Source: Amoebophrya sp. A120
Lineage: Eukaryota > Protista > Dinoflagellata
Length of the DNA stretch: 64,000 nt
Assembly: GCA_905178155.1 (NCBI GenBank)
Contig: CAJINV010000001.1
Location: 4,078,421-4,142,420, forward strand
Reading direction: 5' to 3'
The notes under the pieces are model-generated. The model ran no database searches. It was not told the origin of the DNA and saw only the letters and a program-made list of their open reading frames with translations. Numbering within the stretch: position 1 is the first letter of the stretch; every line of letters starts with the position of its first letter. Below are positions 23,418-36,146 of the stretch, in pieces. The position numbers and the translations under genes were made by a program.

Positions 23418-26400
23418 ATGCATATTGCCTCCCGCCTTCGAGACTCCGACACGGAAGATGATGAGGCCCAGGGCATCGACGAAGAGGCCCTCGCGGGTCT
23501 CATGGAGGACGACTATGCGGCGTACCTCTCTGGCTTCATCGGACAGAAGCAGGGCGTCCGCCGGTTTCAGCCCAGCTCGGCGGAGGTGGTTGCGCAGAGC
23601 TCCGGGGAAGGCGGGGGTCCGTCGGCGTCGGAGTCCAATTCCCATTGTTTTCTGCTGGACGCGGAAGGCCGGCCTCTGTCCTACTACCTAGTCAACCTCG
23701 AGGCCGACGGTGGACGGCTGGTGGGCATAGTTCGGGATTTTCTGGCAGCTAGCACAGATGAACAACTACACGACAGCAGTGCAGCAGCTGGCGGTAAAAG
23801 AAGTGCGACCACATCAACTTCAACGCAGAACAAGAACGACGGGACTACCACTACAGTCACTGCCATTACAGCCGAGCTGCGCTCGACTCTTCGCCAGGTT
23901 TTGTCTGAGCCGGTGCCGTCGGAGCTGCTTGGACCGGACTGCCTATGCATTGCAAAAGTACCGTACTCGTATGAATGCATTACAAATTCCCTCAGCATGA
24001 TGAGAGAGAAAATTTGTAATGCGGATTTACCTTAAGAAAAGTAGAGGATTTGTAATGCAAGACTTGCATTTATACAAGTACGATATTACTTTTGCACAGG
24101 ATACTGCCTCTACGTCGTGGACTCCGAAGACGGCGTCACCGTGATGCGTCGGCGTGAGACCGAGCTGTGTTGGGAGGAAGTACTGCTGCAGGGCCGCGGC
24201 GCGGTCGGCGAAACGGCGTTGCACATCTGCTTTCTGCTGAACCAGCCCGCCTTTAGCCTACTTGCGCGCTTCATTGTGGAAGACTTTGGAAGATCGCTCT
24301 GCCGCCAGCCTTGGGACCCGAACATTCACCCGCGTTGCCCCTTCACCTTCACTTCTGACCAGCTGCCGCAAGAGACGAAAACGTCCGGCGACGCAGTTGA
24401 GGAGGATGGGCATCATAGTTCTCATCTTCCTGAGGGTGGACCCGCATCTTCGACCGCCAGCGTTGCAAAGACATTGGCGTCCAGAAGCGGAACCAGCCTC
24501 CAGGTCGATCTGGTGCTAGCTGCCGCCGCGGCGGGGGCAGGAGGGGGATCAGCTTCTGGTACCGCGGTATCATTTGCAGGAGCTTCATCTCCGTCTGCCA
24601 GCACGTTGAGCTTACCACCCGCACATCAGCACCTGCGGAAAAAGATGCCCCGGACAACTTTTGTGAGGTATGTCGACGCCACGTACACCGGAAACAGTTA
24701 CCGGGGCGAGGCATGCCTGCACATTGCCATCACGAACGGGGATTTGGAAGAAGTGAAGCTTTTGGTTGAGAGCGGGGGTTGCGACGTGCGGTGGCCATTG
24801 ACGACAGGCAGCTTCTTTCGAGGCAGGCTCTATTACGGCGGCCGCCCCCTGCTTTTTGCCGCAGCGCACGGGCATGTCGACATTTTGGACTTTTTGGTGG
24901 ATCACTTTCTCAAGGATAAGGAGCACCTTCACGAAGTTGCGGAGCCCCAACATGATCTTCAAGAAGATGAGAATGCTCCCCCACGACCCGATGTTGTCTC
25001 GAAGACGAAGACCACTGCAGAAAACCACGGAAAAATAAAAATCCTCGCCCGGCGCCGCCGCCGCCGAATCGAGTTCCTTCGCCAAACAGACCAGTACGGA
25101 AACACGATTCTGCACCTCATAACCCTCCACGGACAGGTGCACTTGCTGCGGCACGTGATGCAGCGGTACGGTCCCGATTTAGACCTCTTCCAACTGAACC
25201 ACGCCGGCTTCGCACCGATCTCCCTCGCGGCTGCGATCCAGAACACGGACGTCTTCAGCGCATTGATGGATCTTTCTGGGGAGACGCTCTGGGCGTACGG
25301 CCCCGTCCGCTGCATCCGGTACCCGCTACTCAAGCTGGACTCGCTCCTCACCAAGCAGTTGCGGGAGTCGCGGGTGAGGGCGCGCTTGCTGGGTGGCAGC
25401 AAGGCCTCGACAAAAATCACGAAGGCAGCGGCGAATAAGGTGTGGAACAAGGCCGAAGTAGAGGAGAACAAGGTCGAGGAGGAAGATAGCAAAAACGCAA
25501 CCTCAAGAACGTCCTACGAAGAGCTGCAGCAGATGGAAGACAAAGAAAACGAAAAGCTGCACCGCTCCTTCACAGGGATCAGTGTGCCCGGGGCTCAGCG
25601 GAACGTGCTTTCGGTGCTAGAGATCATTGTGGAAGGTCGTTGCCACGCACTTTTCACCCCGTTCGTGCGCCAGCTGATCCAGGACAAATGGGCTATGTAC
25701 GGGCGGGTTTTGTTTTACGTGCACATGAGCATCTACTTCGCCAACCTGGTTCTTGTCGTTTTGGCGACGGAAAACGTCGTGCCCATCGACGTCCCCGCTT
25801 GTGGGGTGCTGGTCCTCTTTTGGCTCGAGTTGGGTAAATTCCGACACTGGCTTGCGGTGCGCATAATGCCCGAAGTGTCCGCCATACTACCGTCACGTCC
25901 GAAGGGAGGAACTACGACCACGAGCCAGCCAAAGGTGATAGCGCTGCCCCAGCGTCGGTTAGGCCTTATGAAGAGGTCGCTGCAGTCAATAAAGCGCAGA
26001 GTGAGAGCACTATCACAATTCCTGTTCGCGTGTGCCGGTGCGATGACGGTTGAAGGTGGTTTTCTCGTCTTGTATTGTTTTTTTGTGCTCTTCGTGTACC
26101 TCGAGGTACTTGGCGGGCGCATTGCTGAGAGAACCAGCAGCACAAGTTCCATCGCAGCCTACTACGATTCTCGGTGGCACTACGACTACGCGGAAATATC
26201 CAGGAAAAAACACCCATCCCCATCCATTTTTTGCATGGCAAATAGTGGATTTTATGCATGTTTTGCATGACAAATTGAATGGGGATGGGTGTTTTTTCCT
26301 GGATAGGAAACGATCGACATCTACAACCTGCACACGTGGTCGCCCCGGATCCTCCTGGGCTGCGCCAGCGTCTTTGGCTGGCTGCACTTCCTGCACAACC

Positions 26401-27230
26401 TGCGAGCACTACAGGGTCTAGGGCCATTCGTGATCATGATCAAACTCATGGTGAAGCGCGATGTGGTGCGGTTCGGCGCGATCTACCTATGTCTGTCGTT
26501 TGGGTACGGTCACTTGATGCGAGTCATTTTCCAAGACACCATCCGCCGCGATCGTCTTGCCTGGGACCATACTAGCGAACAGGCTTTGTCCTCATCGTCG
26601 GCAGCGAGTAGTTGTGTCAACCCTGTTTCGACGACATCCTTCGCTGACTCTTCTACGACGTACGCTGACTACGGGCAATTGTGGCAGTCCATGCAGTTCG
26701 TTTTCCGGGCGAGTCTGGTTGCCATGGACGAAGCGGCGTTTACCCCAGCCGACCCCTCCTCATCTTCTGGAGTTACATCATGCGCAGGCCCTACTACTAG
26801 TACTACATCAACAGGTGGAATAAACGCAACAGCCACGACGTCGACGCTGGGACAAGCACAAGCAGCATCCTCGCAACAACTGTCAGGTGCTCTACTTCAA
26901 GAAGTCCGCAACCAGCCAGTGCATCCGTATCGTGGTTTTGCTGTGATCGTCTACGACTCGTTTGTTGTACTGTCCGCCGTGGTGCTTTTCAACCTCTTGA
27001 TCGCCATGATGGCAGATACGTACAGCCGAATCCGGGCGACAGCGAAGGACGAGCACTTGTTACAGCGCACGTCCTGGATCCTTGAGGCGGAACGGTCGAC
27101 GCTAGCGCGGCTGGGAGTTCTTGACGTGGCGAAACGCCCGGCGCACCACGTTCGCACCGCGGATTTACTGCTGGAAAACGGACGCGTGATTGAAAATTTC
27201 GCCATGCAGGTGGAGATGACTGATGAGTGA
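23418..27230 (+). CDS. Ankyrin-repeat TRP (TRPV-like) cation channel, ~1177 aa
   Basis: Ankyrin motifs GETALHIC, YRGEACLHIAI, YYGGRPLLFAA, DQYGNTILHL; LWAYGPV; LIQDKW; LGPFVIMI; LFNLLIAMMADTY; ILEAERS. Exons 23418-23943, 24109-26196, 26311-27230. Confidence 0.88.
23944..24103. mobile_element. TIR introner element (family A), non-canonical intron
   Basis: TATGCATTGCAAAAGTA...TACTTTTGCACAGGATA. TSD CTGCC at 23939-23943 and 24104-24108. Excision gives PDC|LYVVDSE. Confidence 0.92.
26197..26305. mobile_element. TIR introner element (family D), non-canonical intron
   Basis: 27-bp perfect TIR TATCCAGGAAAAAACACCCATCCCCAT. TSD GGAAA at 26192-26196 and 26306-26310. Excision restores the frame into LGPFVIMI. 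Confidence 0.95.
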
Positions 27231-27912
27231 ATAAAGGATCGATGGGGCGGCCGAAAGGTGACGACGAGAGTTCCTCGGACGTCGAGGCGGGAGCGAGCAC
27301 GACGATCCAAGGAAGACATTGACGTGTCGAGTCCGATGACATGTTCTGATTGCAACGCTGCACGCAGAGCGCCCAAAGACATTCATTATTCATAGCGAAT
27401 GCAATGGTGAGTGACAATCTCCCAATCCTCTTGGATTGTGGTGTCTTCGCGAAAAATCAAAAGTACTGACGGCCAGAGAATCAAGAATGATCGCGCTGTT
27501 GTTTCATATGGTCGGGTGTCGAGGCAGGATAACACAAGGTGGATTTTTCATGATCCCAAAATTATGACACTTCTTGATCGTGGGTTTGGGAGAAGCATCA
27601 TGGGCTTTCTATTTCCTCAAAAGTAAAAGTGTATCAACATGTCGGTGCTGGTGTTTATAGTCTATTTCAGAATGGTTCTATCGGTATCTATGCACATCGT
27701 TTTCGTCAATCACATTTATTTTGTCGTTGAAGTTCATGATGTGGCACACACTGACTTGCAGTTCCATTTTGCCCCGTCGAGTGCAAAAGCTATATCGAAG
27801 AATAGAGCCCAGAGCATCCTAAGCAGAAGTTTGCGCCAGTCTTCGTTACAAAGAGAGTACTACACAGAAACAGAGTATTAAGCTTCGACACAAAAACTGA
27901 AACACATCAATC

Positions 27913-28842
27913 ATGCCCTGGTTCAAGAAATCTGCCAGCCCCATTCCCGCTGCCCTGGCCCCCGGTGATGAGGTGGTCGCGAAGTTTCATGGCTACCGCG
28001 ACAATCCCGACGGGCCGGACAATCCCTGGTTCAGTGGCACCGTGCGAGAAGTCGACGAAGAGGCGGGGACCTGCGAAGTCGTCTTTTGCGACGGGGACGT
28101 CTCCGTCGCACTGACGGCCGACGAAGTACTTCTCGCTCCCGGTCGCGCCGAGGACTACGGGAAGGGCAGTAAGCGCGGTTCGAAGCCCGATGGTGCGAAA
28201 CCGGTACGAATCGGCCCCAAGGATCTCAGGACGGGCGACGAGGTAGTGGCGAAATTTGATCAGTACCGGGGGAACAGTGACAATCCCTGGTTCAGCGGCC
28301 TCGTAACGGACATTGACGACGACGAACACACGTGCGAGGTTACCTTCTGCGACGGCGATGTGTCCCGAAATCTGCAAGCCCACGAGGTGCTCTTCGCCCC
28401 CGGGCGGGACGAAGATTACGGCAAGGGTGCCAAGCGCGGCCTCAAGCCAGACGTGGTCTGCGAGGTCCGGATAGGACCCGGAGGGGGAAAGAAAATGAGG
28501 TATGTGCAAACGGAACAGGAGTTGCAGGCCTTGGTCGACGAGAAGGGCGTGATTCTAATCTTTTCCGCCTCCTGGTGCCCCCCGTGCAAAAAGTTGAAAA
28601 AGCGGTTGATGGAAGAAAGAATCGCGAAGGAACTGGAAAAGTTCGTGCACTTTGCTGTGGTCGACGTGGACGAGAGCAAGGCGCTCAGCCGAAAATACGA
28701 GATCGAGGCGATGCCGACGATCGTGTACTTGCAGAAAACCAGCTTGGTGGCCTTCGACGTGGTGGTCGGCGGCCGCGGAAACCTCAGCTCCACTCTGGCA
28801 GAATTCCGAGAAGTGGCGCCAGAATTGGCTGGCGTTTCGTGA
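27913..28842 (+). CDS. Protein with two Tudor-like repeats and a C-terminal thioredoxin domain
   Basis: GDEVVAKF..WFSGxV..CEVxFCDGD repeated with a 270-bp period. FSASWCPPCKKL..VDVDE..YEIEAMPTIV thioredoxin fold. Intronless. Confidence 0.85.
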   Translation: MPWFKKSASPIPAALAPGDEVVAKFHGYRDNPDGPDNPWFSGTVREVDEEAGTCEVVFCDGDVSVALTADEVLLAPGRAEDYGKGSKRGSKPDGAKPVRIGPKDLRTGDEVVAKFDQYRGNSDNPWFSGLVTDIDDDEHTCEVTFCDGDVSRNLQAHEVLFAPGRDEDYGKGAKRGLKPDVVCEVRIGPGGGKKMRYVQTEQELQALVDEKGVILIFSASWCPPCKKLKKRLMEERIAKELEKFVHFAVVDVDESKALSRKYEIEAMPTIVYLQKTSLVAFDVVVGGRGNLSSTLAEFREVAPELAGVS

Positions 28843-29441
28843 TTTTTTTTTTTTTTTCTTTTAGAAGTGTGTCAAAGTGAAATTGTACGATCATGGACAA
28901 CATGAACATCTTCGATGGGCGATGAACCTGGACTACGCGTAACAAGAAGTACTGAACTCCCACGATATCGACAGTTTCTGAAATTGCTCACCGGTGGAGG
29001 CGTAATCGAACCAAAAGATGATCGGATCACAACACACCGAGGACAGGAGCCTGCTCTACCCTTATGTTTAACATGGAGGATCTCCTTCTGGTTCATCTGC
29101 CCCCGCGTGATCATCACATACTAGAGACTGCACTGGCTCTTCGTCTTCCAGGGACAGGGACTGGCTCTCTGTCTCCTGCAGCCTAGCAAACGAGCTTGCT
29201 CATGTCGTGTTCAGCATTCCTCGTTGAAGAAGCTGCTCAAAACCCCTTTCCAATTTGCTTTTGTCGCACAACATTTTCGTTGATTTGGTCCCGTACCCAG
29301 ACTAGTGCCGGGCTTTCTTTCTCTCCTCGTCCTGTAATCAATGGGTCCCATGACCTTGTTTGCAAAGAGAGCCCTGACGTTCGGTTGATGACGATGAAGA
29401 TGTAGATGATCAATTGCGAAGATCAAGATTAAGATAATTTG

Positions 29442-32400
29442 ATGATGCTTTCCTCCCGGAAAAATACTCGTGAATGTTGCACGTCGTGTGACGTGCCCCT
29501 CTATTCCCGATTTCGCGAGAAGTCGTTTATTTCGCATCGCTTTTCGTCTTCGTTGCTCCTCGTCTCAACAGAGGTAGAGCAAAGATGGACAGATTGGCGA
29601 GCAGCGGCCCGACGGGCTCTTCTCTTCTTGGTTGCGATCATGCTCCTCATGTCCAGTGTTGCCAACCCGGGGTCGTTATTTGCAAACGGACAAATATTCC
29701 CGACTCAACGCAGTACCGGCCCAGGAAACGGGCTAGTGTCCGCGCCGGACCTTTTGGGGACGAACGATCTGCAGTGCCAGTCCTTGAAATATCCAAAGTT
29801 GCTGGACTACATTGCGCTAATTTCACCCGGCGAACAAAAAGGTGGCGATGCAGAAGCAAGAAGTGCCGCACTAGGGACTGGTGTTGGATCAACGACTACA
29901 GGCTCGGTCGAACTCTCCCAGCTTCTCCAGGACTCAACTGCCACACAACCTTGGACCAAGAGCACCTGTGTGCAGGAAGCCGCAACTCTACACTTTCTTC
30001 ACAACGTCCTCCAGCAGCAGTCGCATCAAAACTCACCAGCGGCTTCTCTTGATGCCACTTCCTCGACCACGGAAGTAGATCCGGTCCACCAAGCGCTCTC
30101 CGCCGTGCCGGAAGACGTTTTTTCCGTGTTCAATGTCGTGCAGCCGAATTCAAAACTTGCCATGCTGATCGCCAGCATCAGTTGCCTGTTTCCGACGAAC
30201 CAAATCCTCGCGCTCAGTAACCACCCCTTGGACAAGATACGAAACCACAGTGCGGACTTCTTCCTGTTTCGGGACTGGGTCGCGAACCACCTTTACCACG
30301 CCATCCTGCCCCCTCTCGCTGATTCCGTGCACTACCTCGCGCGGGAGCGCCAGCGGTTCGCGTTCAAAAACAAGAATGTTCAAGCTGAAGTAGAGCCTAC
30401 GACGGACGTGACGAACATCAAACCGGTCAACGCGGCTTCCCTCTTCGACGACGGGATGCTCGTGACGAATTCTTCCCAGCCCCTGCTGGAAAATTTCTGC
30501 CCATTTCTTTCCAAAGCGATGGGCTACCTCGTGGTCGCGCTCTCCATGCAGGAAATCTTGCCGCTTCCCGAAACGCTCGCGGTCGTGCAAGCGGCCGAAA
30601 ACGCGGTCGGGAAGTGCGTCGCGGAGTCTAGTTCGTTGGTGGAACTGGTCTACGAGCGAACCGATCCCTTGCTGTGGGTGCTGTTAACCACGGTGTACCT
30701 GCGACTCGGAAAGGTGCAACCGCACAGCTGCATGCACTGGTCCAAGGGCGTGGGCGGGGAGGATGTGAGAAAAGAGCATATGGTACGTAAAGAAATTTAT
30801 TGTCTAGCTTTGATTTTTGTTAAACAACTAGCAGTAGCTGAAGTTCTTGACACCACGTTGACAATGAAAGTTTTTGCAGAAGTAGGAATAGAAGCAGTAG
30901 CAGATGGAGATGCTCCTGCAGAAGCAATTTTATTTGCTAGTGACAAATATTAACAAGTACGTCAACGAACATCATCAACATTCCCTGCAGCGAGCAGTGG
31001 AGCCGAATCACAGCACGATTGCCGGAACATCAGCAGCGACAGCGACTCCTCAAAGTCAGTTCGCCCAATCGCCACCGACGCCAGCCTCCTCTCTAGCACA
31101 GGCCGCTGCGGCTGCGGGCGTAGGGATGACGACAACTACTCAACTTGGTGCTACCAGTCCAGCACCTCCAATAGTCGCAGCTAGTACCAACTCGCGGCCA
31201 GTTGCTCCTCCCGCGGCGCACCCTTTCCAACTACCGAACGCGCAGCAGTGGGAACCTTACGGCATTTTCGAACTTTCTGTCGGCCTGCGCGAGAACTGCT
31301 TCACGAAGCAGGGAAACGACATCTGGGCGGGCTACGAAGATAACTTGCGTCGCTGCCTCGGGAACAGGCGGATCCTGCAGTTTTTCGTGTTTGATGTGGC
31401 CGCCAACAAGCTCCGCCCCGCGGTGAAGACAAGCGGAGGCTTTGTCCACGAGCCCACGTTCTCTTCGGGCAACTCGGCCCTCGAAATCAGCTGGCATCGG
31501 ACAAACGAATTCGGTCGCGACCGGTTGCTCGTCAAGGACGCCAGGTGGCTCAGCCGCGAGCACTTGTACGTCAGTCTGGCTTTACCCGATGTGCTACCGG
31601 CCTTGATCATTGAGCCCACTTCGGCGACCGACGTATGGAACAAGGAGTGGCTGGAAAGCTACGCGGTAGCCATGGAGCAGCTCGGATTCGAACCACAAAC
31701 CGTCCAATCACCCGAGGAGGCACGACAACTGATGCTGACGGTACAACACAGTGCGTCGGGCGGAAGGTCATTGGCAAACGCGAAAAAGCTAGTGCTCTTC
31801 TGGCGCATCAACCAGATGTTTCAAGGAACCGCGGCATCAACCGGCGCAGCTTCCTCAACGTCCTCAGCGCATGCTCCTGCACTCGCCAACGGCCCCGCGC
31901 TGTCTGAAGAACTGGTGAAGTACACGAGTAACTTCGCGCAGCCCGTGGCTGGAGTTGTGAGCAATGTTTTTGTGTACCCGAAACCGGAAACCGCGGCTCT
32001 GTACCAGAACAAGTTGACCATGTTGGAGGCCTTCATTCGGGAAGACATTCCAGTGCCGCCCTTTCGCCTGGTCACAGGCAGCGACGTGGTGACCGCGGAT
32101 ATGCCGTTGCCTCCTTTTCCCGTGCTGCTGAAACACGCCTACGCAGCGTCGTCCCGGGGGCTGGCGCAGTACTTCGACGAGCTAATTTATTGAGGCTATG
32201 CTTTTGTCTTGCGTGACAATGAAAAGTGAAAATCACGACGCTCAGAAGGTCGAGGTCATGGAAAGATAGAAACACTTTTTAACTTTTCTATCCACAACAT
32301 TAACTCTTGTAGGTGCGACACTCTCTCCCAGTTTCCGAGCTGTTTGCAAAGCTGGTTTCAACACCACCCCGACCAGGAGGTCGTGATAGTGATGCAGAAG

Positions 32401-33606
32401 CTCGAGTTCGTGCGCGAAATGCGGCTGACCTTTCTCGCCGGCGAGATTGTCCATGGGTATTGGCGCATCAAGGAAAAGGCCAGCGACCTCGCGGCCAGCA
32501 CTCACATCTCCAACAGCACGCTGAGCTTCGACGACCTCCCGTTGCGCGAGATGAAACCGATCGTCCAAAAGATCTCCGCGCAGATCATGGACGTGGGCGC
32601 CCTGGATGCGGTCATCGTCGACGGCCAAGTTTTCGTCTTCGAGGTCAGCCCGATCTTCGACATGAATCCGGAACCGGAAACGGCGGCGCTCAAGCAAATT
32701 CCCTACACGGCGTACAAGAAGACGGAAAGCTACACGAAACGGCGACTGGAGGGGTACGTCGCTTTCTGCAAGCAGTTTGTCAATTTCGCGGTGCAAGCTG
32801 TAGAGTTTTCGAGTCTTGCTGCTACCCTGTTCGTCGACATCGACAACACGCTGAATTACGCGTACCGGCGCTTCCAAATGTACAATGTCCCGGATCCGTT
32901 TGATCCGGAGCTGGTGCTGCAGGACGAGGTGATCGGCGGCGCGGAACAGGCACTGCAAGCGATTGCGGCATCGAATCGGTACCGGATCGTGTACCTCACC
33001 GCCCGCGTTTTTCGGAACGCCATTCCGGCGACGCACAACTGGCTCTTCACGAAGCACCAATTCCCGGTGGCGCCTGTTGTGTTCACCGCGACAGCGAACG
33101 AGAAAATTTCGTACCTTGCGGAAGGCGTCAACTTCGCGAGCGAGGAGCAGATCGCGGCGGAGTTTGTGAGAATCGAAAAAGAACTCCTGTCTTCGCAGAA
33201 GATGTCGAGGACATCAACTTCACTGCCTAGTCTTACCTCCAACTCAGATGCCGTTGGTCATTCTCAGCGAAGTTGCGAAATCAAGACCGATGATCTCCTA
33301 TTGGCGACTTCTTCTACTGCGGCGGTGGCGAAGAGCGGTTCAACAACATCAGCATCTTCATCATCTTCGCGACTTTCAACAATACTACAGACAACGAATG
33401 GCCGGTGCATGAGGCGAAACAAGAAGACAAACACGGGTGTGAACATTCTGATCGACGACCTGACACGAGCGCACCACCAGCAGCGCTTTGAGGAGCAGGA
33501 AGTGCTGTTGGCGCTGCTGGACAGACACGCAGTCCCGTTCATCCAGTTCAACACGCTGTATGGACCAGAGCACTGGGCGCAAATCGCGAAGGCGTTGGTG
33601 GCGTGA
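29442..33606 (+). CDS. Large membrane/secreted protein with a RimK-like ATP-grasp domain and a C-terminal HAD-superfamily domain
   Basis: Hydrophobic N-terminal segment. ATP-grasp motifs NKLTMLEAF..IPVPP, PVLLKHAYAASSRG, REMRL, LDAVIVDGQVFVFEVS. HAD motifs FVDIDNTL, YLTAR, LIDD. GT-AG introns 30783-30903 and 32169-32312. Start codon uncertain. Confidence 0.7.
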
Positions 33607-34642
33607 AGAGGAATTTTGTTTCCGTAGCGGGCGAGATGATGCTGAAGTTTTCCACTTTGCACGAAGAGCAAAGTTGAAACTTCAAGATCCAAATCTAGCG
33701 AATCCGAATGCGGACCCAAGCGAAATCTTGGAACTACCTCTGTCACTCACATCTAACGATAACGAAGCACAACTCTGAACGCGAAGCCAGCGTATTAATT
33801 TTCGACGTGTTACTAGCATCGATCTGTAAGGCTAAGGTGCTCTTTCTACCACGTGGATGTCGACGTGCGGTGTGTGTGCATAGTTCCGCGCTGCCGTATT
33901 AGTGCGGCGCCTGTGTTGGCTTCAGGTTGTCGAAAAAACAGAACGCGCGGACGACTCAGAAATGGATAATTCGAAAGACGTTGTGTATTCGACGCCTCCT
34001 CGGTCGTGATGTGTATCGATTCTTATGTAATTTAAGGACTTTCAGTTTCAGTCCGACTTGAAAGAAATATATAACTAACAACTTCGGTCGGTCCACACCC
34101 ACCCCAGCTCAGACGGCAACGACAGAGGCTGCCACTTCTTCTAGTTGTACTAGAACTTCAACTCGCCCTCAACATGTCGGTTCTATCCAATACTATCATT
34201 TTCGATTCATTCGAAAGTCTAGGTCAAAGTTTGTATATGCAATGAAGAAACTCGGTAACGGTGGCGCCACCGGCCATAGCGAATCACAGTTTCGGCTTCG
34301 TTCCATATGGAGGCTCTCTATTGGCGATGTTGCATATCATCAAAATCTTAAACCTACAGCAACCTTCGTTCACCCGCTTTTGGATTTCTGATTTTCTATG
34401 AAGACAACCACTGCCTTTGCGAAGGACGCCGAAGCAAATGTAAATGCGCTTGCTATTGACCCCAAGCACGCGCGCACCATTAATGTGAAAGTCAATCCAA
34501 GCCAATTGCTGTACGTACTATCAATCATTTTGATATTGATTTTTCTCCACCCTTGTACTCGAAGTAAGAGTAACTGTAACGACACGTATCCTTATCGTTC
34601 GAGCCAGCGCATCTTCATCTTTCTTCACCAAAGAGAAACGAG

Positions 34643-35971
34643 ATGGACGACCTCGCGGGCAATCAAAGCAGCAGTAGTTGCACGACCTCGGTGGGCGTGG
34701 ACAGCACGTTGCTTCTCTCAAACCTTGGCACCGCGCGCCCTCCTCGACGCCGGAGTTCGGTTAGCCGCCCGCAGAAGGTTATGTTCATTAACTGCACCCA
34801 AACGCCGCTGCATCTCTATTGGCTCGACCGGGTGACCACGAGCGCGGCTCCGAACGGTGTGCATGATGGGGGTGTGCCGCGGCTGGTCACCGTTTGTGAG
34901 GCGGGAATGAAAGTTTCCGTGGACACGTTCGCGACGCACCAATGGAGAATACGGCCCTCCAGTGTCAGCACCGACAGTGACTGGTTTACGACCTACACGG
35001 TGAAAAGGAAGAAGGGTATGCAGGTGTGCGTCTTCCGCGACTCAGCAGGAGGAATGTCGTCGTCGACAGAAGATGTCATCAATACGCCCCCGCCAAAAGG
35101 AGGCGATGCCATGCCGTATGAAGAGGCTGGACCTTGTTGTGCTGAAACAAAGAACGACGGCGAGGGCGCAGGCGCACCGCCTTCTCCCCCTTCATCTGTG
35201 CCAGTGGAGCTGCATCAAATAGCCTCCAGCTCTACAGAAGGTCGGGGGCCGCGGAATCTTCACGACAACACTGCGCATACAACGAGGATAAATGTTGATG
35301 CGAGTGGTCAGGACGTCGTTGATGAAACGATCTATCTCCACCGCCGCCAAGAGCGATCGCGATCCAGTGGATGCAATTTCTTGGAAAAACCGAAGGTGCA
35401 GAAACGCGCTACAGGCAGGGAGGAAAGCGCAGCACGATCGAATCGGAACAACGGCGCGGAAGTTGATGTGTGCAACCAAAAAATGGAATTACCATGTTCC
35501 TACCCATCGCTTTCCTCTAGCAGCAACAGCGACTGCTCCAGGTCAAGGTCACTTCACCGCGCGAGTGTCTCTCTGCTCCAATGCCAATTATCATCCGAAA
35601 AGATGACAGGAACATCAAAAGTAGCTGCTGTACTCCCCGACAGGGACAGAGCCAGGGGCAACATGACGAACACAGCAGATGATGCCCTGCTCTGTCGTGA
35701 ACATCTTGATGGACGAAAAAAATTACTGGGAACAAATGTTGATGCCGACAAGAATATTGACTTCGATCCCAATTCTTGTTTCCAGTGCGGGAGGAAGCTC
35801 GGTTTGCGGTTTCTTCCCTACACGTGCCGGTGCAGCCGGTCCTTCTGCAAAAAACACAAGGACGCGGAGGAGCACGGCTGCCGCTTTGACTGGCAGAGGG
35901 AGGGACAGTCAGATTTGGCGGCGCAGCAACCCAGAGTAGTCGCGGAGAGGATGCCGCATCGGTTTGAATAA
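34643..35971 (+). CDS. AN1-type zinc finger protein with an N-terminal VHL-beta-like domain
   Basis: C-terminal CFQCGRKLGL..CRCSRSFCKKHKDAEEHGCRFDW (AN1). N-terminal VMFINCT..LHLYWLD..DTFATHQWRI resembles the VHL beta domain. Confidence 0.8.
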   Translation: MDDLAGNQSSSSCTTSVGVDSTLLLSNLGTARPPRRRSSVSRPQKVMFINCTQTPLHLYWLDRVTTSAAPNGVHDGGVPRLVTVCEAGMKVSVDTFATHQWRIRPSSVSTDSDWFTTYTVKRKKGMQVCVFRDSAGGMSSSTEDVINTPPPKGGDAMPYEEAGPCCAETKNDGEGAGAPPSPPSSVPVELHQIASSSTEGRGPRNLHDNTAHTTRINVDASGQDVVDETIYLHRRQERSRSSGCNFLEKPKVQKRATGREESAARSNRNNGAEVDVCNQKMELPCSYPSLSSSSNSDCSRSRSLHRASVSLLQCQLSSEKMTGTSKVAAVLPDRDRARGNMTNTADDALLCREHLDGRKKLLGTNVDADKNIDFDPNSCFQCGRKLGLRFLPYTCRCSRSFCKKHKDAEEHGCRFDWQREGQSDLAAQQPRVVAERMPHRFE

Positions 35972-36146
35972 AAACGTGATCTGGACGACAGCTTTCCATA
36001 GTGATGTGGACGCTGCATTCCTGCTCTGATGTATTTTTACGCTCGTCCTCGTCCGGTGGTTCGTCCTGTGCGCAGATCATTATCTGTCGAAAAAGTAAAA
36101 GTGTGAACCAAGCGAATTTTTATTTTTTAAGAGTCTGAGTTTATCT

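Noticed and set aside
27415-27595. Degenerate foldback element (TCTCCCAA..TTGGGAGA, GAAAAATC..GATTTTTC)
   Set aside because: Matches are too short and no TSD was identified.
32242-33060. Long minus-strand ORFs opposite genes (also 41264-42097 and 47144-48067)
   Set aside because: Antisense shadows of well-supported + strand coding sequences.
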